A DNA stretch of 64,000 nt from Octopus vulgaris. Its lineage: Eukaryota. Under the pieces are notes generated by a model, which made no database searches, was not told the origin of the DNA, and saw only the letters and a program-made list of their open reading frames with translations. The position numbers were made by a program, and so were the translations under genes. The DNA is taken from contig OX597816.1 of NCBI GenBank assembly GCA_951406725.2, positions 45,446,001 to 45,510,000 on the forward strand. Reading direction: 5' to 3'. Within the stretch, counting starts at the first letter, position 1, and each line of letters begins with the position of its first letter. Below, one piece after another: positions 54,766-64,000 of this stretch.

Positions 54766-57029
54766 TTAACAATAGAGCAATTCTAGCGTCCACATTCAGT
54801 GTTAGCTCTTTACCGTTTCTTGCTAATACACCAACTTTGATGTCACACATTGTCCATCGATCAATTTTTGAAGATACGATTCTTACTAACCGTTCATGAT
54901 TATCTTTCTCCTTTGAGAGCGAGACTTTATTTTTCCTGTCCAGACTATATATTACACCAAAATCTGAGCAAATGCCAATTCGATATATCTATGCACAGTT
55001 TTCTTCCATTCTTTTGTACATTCTTCTAAGAAAATTAACTCCAAATTCCCACGGCTAAGTTCTTTGTAATATATGTTTGTGTGACTTCATGAATATTAGA
55101 TGAAGGCTCCAAAATATTTTGCCAAATATTTTTTCTTTTATTTTTCCGTTTCTTTTCTGTTCTTCATTTCTTTTGTTGTCTTTCGTTATTTTTTTCTATG
55201 CTTGCTTGTTTTTTTTTTTTATTTTTGTTATTGTTTTATTTTGGGGGTACTTTTTTTTTTTTTCGCTATCATCTTCTCACTTTTTCAGTTTCTCAGCTTT
55301 TTGGGGTGAGCTTGTTTTTTTTTTTTGTTGTTGTTTTTTTTTTTTGCTTTTTTTCATATGAGCTTTTATTAATTTTTATTTTTTGCTTCTTCTTTCTTCT
55401 TTCTTTTCTCTTTCCTTTTCTTCTTTATTCTTTCCCCTTTCTCTTCTTTCTTCATCGTCGTCGTCTCACCATTATCATTATCATCATCATTATTTCTATC
55501 ACCATCATCAACATCATTATCATAATTGTCATCATCACCACCACCAACAACAACAACTTTATCATCATCATCATCACCATCGTTATCGTTATCGCCATCA
55601 TCATCATCATAATCACCTTCTTCTTCTTTTTCTTCTCATTCCTCTTTCATTCGAATTGGCAAGCAATAACTTCACTTTATGACAAAACTATCATTTTCTT
55701 TCTCTTTGTAACTGTGTGTTATTGCTATTCCACAATAATTTTTTTTTTGTTTTTCATCTTCCTTCGTCTGTCTGTCTTTGTTACTGTTGATCTTAATAGA
55801 GCCATCACTGTTGTTGTTGTTGTTGTTGCTGTTGTCTTCTTCTTCTTCTTCTTCTTCTTCTTCTTCTTCTTCCAATCAGGACTCACGCCATTAGCCACAA
55901 AGAATAATCTCTCATTCGAGCCCACTCTCAGCTACTAAGAAGGTGTGTGGCAACTGGAAGATCCACCCACCACACGCGATAGACTGGCGGTTGCACGGGC
56001 GCGAAAGTTACGTTGTTATCTTCATTCTGTAAACGGTGGCTTTTTAACGAGTGGAGAGCTGAACCATCCTCGGGTACAGAGGATTCGCAGTCTAGACTAG
56101 GGTCTGAAAGTTTACCACACCATAGTGGGTTACACCATGGTTCCTCTGTTTTGTGGAAGAAGTAGGAAGAAAGAGTGAGAGGAAGTTGTGGTGAAAGAGT
56201 ACAGCGGGATTCGCCACCTTCCCTCCACGCCGGAGCTTCGTGGAGCTTAGGTGTTTTTGCTCAATAAACACTCACAATGCCCGGTCTGGGAATCGAAACC
56301 ACGTTCTTACGACCGCGAGTCCGCTGCCCTAACCACTGGGCCATTGCGCCTCCACTGCTGTAGTCGTCCTCCACGTTACTGCTGCCATTGTCGTCTTCGT
56401 CGTCATCATCATAGTCATCATCTTCGTCGTTGCTCTTGTTGTTGTTATGAAATAAAATATGCGTTGGCAGAAACACCGGGGTACCAGGCGGCGAGCTGGC
56501 AGAAACGTTAGCACGCCGGGCGAAATGCTTAGCGGTGTTACGTCTGTCTTTACATTCTGAGTTCAAATTCCACCGAGGTCGACTTTGCCTTTCATTCTTT
56601 CAGTGTCGATTAAATAAGTACCAGTTACGTACTGAGGAGGGGGGGTCGATATAATCGACTTAATTCGTTTGTCTGTCCTTGTTTGTCCCCTCTGTGTGTA
56701 GTCCCTTGTGGGCAGTGAAGAAATAAGAAGCGGCGGGGTACCAGCAACTAGACGCGCTACAATATTTTTCTAACCTTAGTATGATCGCTACTAGACTTAC
56801 TAGAAATAGCAGCCGCGTGTACTTCAAAGAGGAAACGACACATCTGATTTCTGCCCTAGATGTCTGGGGAAAAAATGTGGTGGTTATACTATGAATGGTT
56901 TTGATCTTAAGTTTGCTTAATTTGGAAGGATCTAAGGCGAAACAAAAGCAACACCTACAAGTACTAGTACAACTATTGCTGCTGCTGCTGCAGCTGATGA
57001 TGATGATAATGATTATGATGATGATGAAT

Positions 57030-57062
<33 letters not shown>

Positions 57063-57651
57063 CAATTTTCAGCCTCGATTCTCCGACGATGATGACGATG
57101 ATGATGACGATGACGATGACGAAGACGATGATGATGATGATGATGACGACGATGATGATATGTTAGGTAAAATTAACCTTGGCTGGATTTGAACTCAGAT
57201 TGCAGAGACCCGGAATGAATAGAAGGTACTCTAAAGATTCTATCCAACTCTAACTATCCTACCAATTCATCAAAGCTATCAGTTCTGGATTTTTGCATTT
57301 TAAGTTCCAAGGTAGATTTGGTGAACTTGTCTCTTCCTGGAGACAAGATGGTATATTATAAAAAAAAATTCATAGAAGGTATAAACTCTCCGATTTAAAA
57401 TTCCTTCACAAGCTCATCGCTTGTGAAGGAAGTCACCGGGAAGGTCATAGTTCAACCTTATGGTAGAAGGAAAGAAATATACGACAGAGTGAAGTGAGAG
57501 AAAGAAGCAGAAAGACTCTTCTACCTGAAGATACAAACGGTTTACAAGTTCAATGAACAAGTGGATAATTGATTGACTATCAACTCGGGCATTCTGCTTT
57601 TGTGTTTGGTTAGTAAAAAGCAACACATGATATTGTTATGAGGATAGTGTA

Positions 57652-58255
57652 AGGCGGCGAGATGGCAGAATCGTTAGCACGCCGGGCGAAATGCTTAGCG
57701 GTATTTCGTCTGCCGTTACGTTCTGAGTTCAAATTCAGCCGAGGTCGACTTTACCTTTCATCCTTTCGGGGTCGATAAATTAAGTACCAGTTACGCACTG
57801 GGGTCGATGTAATCGACTTAATACCTATGTCTGTCCTTGTTTGTCCCCTCTGTGTTTAGCCCCTTGTGGGTAGTAAAGAAATAGGTATTTCGTCTGCGTT
57901 ACGTTCTGAGTTCAAATTCCGCCGAGGTCGACTTTGCCTTTCATCCTTTCGGGGTCGATTAAATAAGTACCACTTACGCACTGGGGTCGATATAATCGAC
58001 TTAATCCCTTTGTCTGTTCTTGTTTGCCCCTCTAAGTTTATTTAGCTCCTTGTGGGCAATAAAGAAATAAGAAACGTTAGCACGCCGAACAAAATATTTA
58101 GCAGCGTTTCTTCCAGTTTTATGTTCTGAATTCAAATTCCGCCTTGTCTTTCATTCCTTCGGAGGTCGACAAAATAAGTACGAATTGAGCATTAGGGTCG
58201 CTGTAATCAATTTCGCCTGCCCATCAGAATTGCTGGCCTTGTACAAAAATTAGAA
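57652..58255 (+). mobile_element. Nin-domain SINE multimer (3 units)
   Basis: Standard junction at ~57883 and a variant junction AAATAAG|AAACGTTAGC at ~58070. Confidence 0.87.
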
Positions 58256-58849
58256 AGTGTTATGAGGAAAATGTGACGTGAGAACAGATTAATCTCAGCG
58301 TTTCTTGCAAAGCCGACTATCAGAGATAATGTGGTACTTGTAGCTTATTTCATGACATTTAGAAGAAATGTCTACACACTCTAAGAAGAGACACTGTTTC
58401 CAGTGTCAGGCTGTAAGCATCTTACGTTCTGACTGTATGTAGGATGACACAGCTGGTTATTTATCGAATACAAGTAGAAACAATACGAGAGGTGTTTTTA
58501 TTATGTTGTATTTCGCACAGCTGAAAAGGGCTCTGTGTAGCACTTATAAAATAGACACAGAGTCTATATATGAAACTAATCTCTCCTTGCTAATTCACTT
58601 TAAGTAAACGAATGAATGGCAGAGAATTAGATTCAATTGTTTTATAATTATAAATTCCTTCAGAAAATATTAACATTGTATTTCGCAAAATAGAATAAAT
58701 TATTTTGCTGTCAAATTTTTCTTCTTCACAACAGAATTCATGTCACGTTGCTCGCTTTTTTTTTGTTTTTGTTTTTAATTCAATAATTGCCAATGATTTT
58801 CCTGGATTCTACATTCATCCATCTATCTTCTCTAACGACTATTCCTTAG

Positions 58850-59215
58850 AGGCTCGTTGGGGTACAACCCTCAGGTACCTCCTCCATAAGGTCAAACCAG
58901 AAGCAACAGTCGTTAGACATTCAGACTAGATTCCCAAGCATTACCAACCGAGACTACAAGTATCATTCACACGTCTCATTCTTAGTCTGCCCCTAAGTTT
59001 CCCTCAGCTTGGCTAGGCTTCAAGAACCCGTCTTGCAATTCTTTCTTGCGGCATTCTAATCATATCTCCATAATGCTGGAGCTGTGACCGCCTCCCCATT
59101 CGTGGAAGTAGCGATTCGACTGGAGAGACACTCAGATATCTGACCCACGCACCCTATCAAGTAACGTTACTCCAAAAATCCTTCGGAGGAACCACATTTC
59201 GACCGCTTCTATTAT
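58850..59215 (-). pseudogene. RTE-like LINE 3' fragment
   Basis: Minus strand EAVEMWFLRRIFGVTLLDRVR resembles the RTE thumb motif EMxxLRxIxGVTxxDRIR. Confidence 0.68.
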
Positions 59216-59465
59216 AGAGTTTTAACATGAAACCGAAATTAGCATCAGTCCCAGCAAGCTAGTTGAATTTGCTGCTCTTTTTCAGTCTCAAATTGATGTT
59301 TACAATGTCTACTACAATTTTTATGCTGATAATCTTGGCAGCTCATTCATAATAGTTAAATGGCGTCTCTTGAATTCTCTTGGATACTTTCACTATCAAT
59401 CTATTTCTACCTCTGACAACGCGTCTTTCTCTTTCTGTGAATTGCGCTCTTACTCTCTCTCTTTA

Positions 59466-59515
<50 letters not shown>

Positions 59516-59712
59516 TTACTTGTTTCAGTCATTTGACTGTGGCCATGCTGGAGCACCGCCTTTTGTCGAGCAAATCGACTCCAGGACTTATTCTTTGTAA
59601 GCCTAGCACTTATTTTGTCGGTCTCTTTTTGCCGAGGACGTAAACACACCAGAATCGGTTGTCAAGCGATGTTGGGGGACAAACACAGACACACAGACAC
59701 ACAAACATATAC

Positions 59713-59760
<48 letters not shown>

Positions 59761-59763
<3 letters not shown>

Positions 59764-61333
59764 TTTAAATATTTGTTGTGCAAGATTTTTTATGTGAAGT
59801 CGTGTGTTGAAACAGATATTGTTATATTTCGGAATGGTCATATTGCCAGTTTAGCCAATAAAAACACACGCACTATATATTTGGTGTTATTTTGCTTCAG
59901 TGATATTTATTTTTTACATTAATCTTAATCTTATTTCGGCCAAAGTTCTTTCGTCACACTCCTGTGACCGCATCAGTGGTCCTTTGTTTTCTTCTCACTT
60001 ACTTGTGTCTCTCCTTACTAACCGTCAGCCATTTTATATTTCTATTGTATGTCTTCATTTGCGCATGTTTATATCTCTATGTGCGTCTATGTTTATTTAG
60101 TGTGTGTGGGGGGGGATGCCTGTAATATTTGTATCTTCTGGTTATATACATTCTTGTAATTTGTATTTTGTTTTTGTTGTTGTTGCTTTTGTTCTAATTT
60201 TGTTCATGTGTTTACATCCACCCATTATTATCATTACATATGCTTGTATGTATGTATAATAACAATATTAGTAATAATAATAATAAATCTAATGGAAAAA
60301 AAAAAAGGAATATACATATACATATATATATATACATACACATACATATACATATATATATATATACATATACACACACATATATACACATATACATATA
60401 CATATACATATATATAGATATTCATTTCTATTTCTTTAATTACCTGTGTATTTATTATGTTTGCAGGATCCACTATTGTCATATGTTGTGGTGTGCGCTA
60501 TTGCTCCATTCTAGTTTTCTATTCAGGCTAGGTTTAGAGATTAAGATATTGTCCACACATAGAACAGATGCAACAATTAGACAAATTACAGAAGCTACAC
60601 ATATAATAGAAAATAAACCTAGCCTGAATAGAAAACTAGAATGGAGCAATAGCGCACACCACAACATATGACAATAGTGGATCCTGCAAACATAATAAAT
60701 ACACAGGTAATTAAAGAAATAGAAATGAATATCTATATATATGTATATGTATATGTATATGTGTATATATGTGTGTGTATATGTATATATATATATATGT
60801 ATATGTATGTGTATGTATATATATATATGTATATGTATATTCCTTTTTTTTTTTTTTTTTCCATTAGATTTATTATTATTATTACTAATATTGTTGTTAT
60901 ACATACATACAAGCATATGTAATGATAATAATGGGTGGATGTAAACACATGAACAAAATTAGAACAAAAGCAACAACAACAAAAACAAAATACAAATTAC
61001 AAGAATGTATATAACCAGAAGATACAAATATTACAGGCATCCCCCCCACACACACACTAAATAAACATAGACGCACATAGAGATATAAACATGCGCAAAT
61101 GAAGACATACAATAGAAATATAAAATGGCTGACGGTTAGTAAGGAGAGACACAAGTAAGTGAGAAGAAAACAAAGGACCACTGATGCGGTCACAGGAGTG
61201 TGACGAAAGAACTTTGGCCGAAATAAGATTAAGATTAATGTAAAAAATAAATATCACTGAAGCAAAATAACACCAAATATATAGTGCGTGTGTTTTTATT
61301 GGCTAAACTGGCAATATGACCATTCCGAAATAT

Positions 61334-61341
<8 letters not shown>
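59761..61341 (+). mobile_element. Highly truncated Penelope-like insertion forming a ~720-bp near-perfect palindrome (59816-60536 / 60614-61341)
   Basis: The spacer and right arm encode a GIY-YIG C-terminus IKILSTHRTDATIRQITEATHIIENKPSLNRKLE. It is inserted in the (TA)n tract of a SINE (halves 59515-59760 and 61342-61540). Confidence 0.88.
61176..61219 (+). ncRNA. Hammerhead-like motif (A9C variant), mirrored at ~59938-59982 on minus
   Basis: CCA-CTGATGC-G-GTCACA-GGAG-TGTGAC-GAAA-GAAC-TT-TGG, with the same stem II as the 50886 motif. Confidence 0.6.
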
Positions 61342-61369
<28 letters not shown>

Positions 61370-61859
61370 ATATATACGACAGGCTTCTTTCAGTTTCCGT
61401 CTACCAAATCCACTCACAAGGCTTCGGTCGGCCCGAGGCTATAATAGAAGACACTTGCCCAAAGTGCCACGCAGTGGGACTGAACCCGGAACCATGTGGT
61501 TGGTAAGCAAGCTACTTACCACACAGCCATTCCTACGCCTTTATACAGATTCTTACATCTTTTATTTGTTTCAGTCACTGGAACCATGTTGGAGCACCAT
61601 CTTGGAGTTTTTACTCAAGCAAATCGACCCCGGCACTTATTTTTTTTTTTTGCATTTTTTTAAAGTTTAGCAATTATTCTCTCGATCACTTTTGCCAAAC
61701 TGCTAAGTTATGGAGACGTAAACAAACCAATACCAGTTGTCAAGCGGTGGTATGGGATATAAATACAAGCACAAAGACACACACATACAAGAGAGACAGT
61801 GTAAAGAGAAACGGTGTAAGAGGGAGGGGGAGAATTGAGAAGGATAGAGGAAGAAAACA

Positions 61860-61905
<46 letters not shown>

Positions 61906-62030
61906 GCATAGAAACAATATGCTGAAAATAGATGCTAAATAGTCTCACCACTTAAAAAGTCGCACGCACACACGCACACACACACATACATATCACACAC
62001 GTGCAAGCACAAACATACACACATACAAAC

Positions 62031-62123
<93 letters not shown>

Positions 62124-62124
<1 letters not shown>

Positions 62125-63779
62125 CTCTGGTCAATACATGTTTTCAGGCACAAGGTTTATCAATAATTTTAGCTAATTTGATGGTAGGGGGAATGAGTTC
62201 AAATCTGGCGTCAGATTTTGTCCATCACATCAGATTTTGGGGATACAAAACCTTTTAGCTTTGCTAGTAACAGCTGAACACACATAGATGCAATTTTTAA
62301 ATTTCTTTTTTTTTTTTTTTTAATCTAATAAAGTTGTGGGAGTAAATGCACATTAGTATGTAAGCATTAAGCTTGGTGATAACAAAATATGAATACAAAA
62401 TCTCTATCCGTTGTGGTCATTCATTCTGATTATGCTATTACTGCAAGGTCATCCTCTTTTTTGACGATCTCTTGTGCACAGCTTCTAGAATGACTCTCAT
62501 CAAGCCTCAGCAGTAATCTGCCATCATGTTTGAGTATCATCGGCCTTGTTATCATCCTTCCATTACTTTTACGTCTTGATCAAAGCGTTCACTTTGTTCT
62601 TCACCCAGGTTCTCTGGAAACTCACCAAGTGACTGTGTAAGTTAAAAACGATAAACGTCGCCCCTTTTCAAGCCTAGCCAGGCTCATGGGCCCGGTTTCC
62701 CGGTTTCTGTGGCGTATGTGCTCCCAACAGCCTGTCCATCGCAGCGTTACTCAAGAAACAGGAAGAGAGAGTGAGAGAAAGTTGTGGCGAAAGAGTACAA
62801 CAGGGGTCGCCACCACCCCCTGCCGGGGCCTCGTGGAGCTTTTAGGTGTTTTCGCTCAGTAAACACACACACACACAACGCCCGGTCTGGGAATCGAAAT
62901 CGCGATCTTCCGACCGCGACTCCGCTGCCCTAACCACTGGGCCATTGCGCCTCCACGACTGTGTAAGTAGTGAAATTTAATGCTCCCTCTACATCTGAGT
63001 GTTTGCAAACTCACAAGCAGCTCCTCCACAATCTTTTTATTGTTGTAAGCTTTCCAGTTCTCAAGGAAATTCTGCACCACATCAGAGAAGGCATTTCAAG
63101 CTCTAGCCTCAGCTGCACTCATTGTTACGACAAAATGTGGGTCCCTGAGAAGTGTTCTTAATTGAGATCCATTAAATATTCCTCCTTCTTCTTCTCGTCA
63201 CTGAGACTTGGAAATATTTTACATACGTATATATCAGAAGCAATTCATCAAAGCTCTTGATCACAGTGGAGTTCATATAAAGACTAAGTTTTATGTGTAG
63301 TTGGGGGAAGACAATGTTTTTCCTATTAATCAGAAGGCCGTTAATAAGGTTCTTGTCACCCGCCGACAAACAGTTTCTCAGTGGGGGCATTCTTTTTTTT
63401 TCTCTTTTTTTTTTTACTCAGTGAAGCTTTGTAGCCCTATTATCCAAGAAGTACAGAAAACAAGGGTTCTTAGTGAAACCTCCTTGCTGGCCCCGTAGAA
63501 GATGTAGCATTTTCAGATCAACAAAAATGAACATCATTTGCATCCTCTCCAAAACAATCTTGATGTTGGCATACACCTCTTTCATTTTTATACCGTATTC
63601 TATTCCAGCATATAGTGGTGTAAAGTTAACTTTTCGTAAATAAAGGCATATACTAATGGTACAAATCTGATGTGATAGAGCAAATCTGAGGCCAGTTTTC
63701 GAATCAGCTCTCCAAAATTAGTCTAAAACAGCTCTTAGATTTTATGCCAGAGAAAATATTTTTATTTTGTTGACCAGTA
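62124..63779 (-). pseudogene. Decayed Chapaev3-like (CMC) DNA transposon with transposase fragments
   Basis: NIVFPQLHIKLSL (PPLHIKLGL), VQNFLENWKAYN...SIKFHYLHSHL, and ERFDQDV...MADYC. Terminal remnants CTCTGGTCAATAC / TTTTGTTGACCAGT, with subterminal inverted AAATCTGATGTGAT repeats. The family name is from recalled motifs. Confidence 0.72.
62643..62956 (-). mobile_element. tRNA(Arg-like)-derived SINE inserted in the transposase
   Basis: Head GGAGGCGCAATGGCCCAGTGGTTAGGGCAGCGG...TTTCGATTCCC, with a 12-bp TSD GACTGTGTAAGT (62631-62642, 62957-62968). Relatives at 56120-56355 and 24790-25030. Confidence 0.87.
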
Positions 63780-64000
63780 TAATTAGAAGGAAAAATCCAG
63801 ACAGATATCAACAAAGCATTCAGTTTTAAACGAATTTGGTTACCTATATCCAACAGATACCAGTAAATATAAGTAGACTACACATCTAAGGTAATCCTTC
63901 ATGTATGACAAGTTGATCCAAATATTTAGAAAAATTTCGAGTAATTCAGAGTATTAGGCAACAAAAATATATATAGAAAAAGCACATCTTTATTGTAGAA

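Noticed and set aside
54759-54990. ~76-codon open frame on the minus strand (…RIGICSDFGV…IALLLKR)
   Set aside because: No early start codon, no polypyrimidine acceptor and no recognisable homology.
57701-57760. HDV-like ribozyme starting at the SINE junction G
   Set aside because: Only a partial P1 (GGTATTT/AAATTCC) can be drawn. P1.1, P3 and J4/2 were not identifiable by eye.

Overview
This is AT-rich, repeat-saturated eukaryotic DNA. The SINE families and microsatellite load point to a mollusc, most likely an octopus (inferred, not searched). I can support no intact host gene: nearly all listed ORFs are microsatellite or SINE translations. The window holds many tRNA-derived SINEs (a Nin-domain family that forms head-to-tail multimers, a longer family with an internal TA/TG tract, and a tRNA-Arg-like family). 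It also holds decayed mariner and Chapaev3-like transposases, R4/Dong and RTE LINE fragments, three MITEs with TSDs, and several Penelope-like element (PLE) remnants. The main signal is an unusual density of hammerhead ribozyme (HHR) motifs from about five PLE-type families. The best case is a near-identical 596-597 bp non-coding tandem array (41871-44361) inserted in (TA)n. Each full unit carries a canonical type I hammerhead (CUGAAGA...GAAAC...GUC) with an enlarged stem II and a competing alternative helix, giving a retrozyme-like system predicted to release 597-nt monomers or circles. Two further signals are a PLE terminal repeat carrying a tRNA-derived Pol III promoter upstream of its HHR, and about 16 SINE multimer junctions at the same nucleotide in a hairpin loop. 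All RNA folds were read by eye and no databases were searched.
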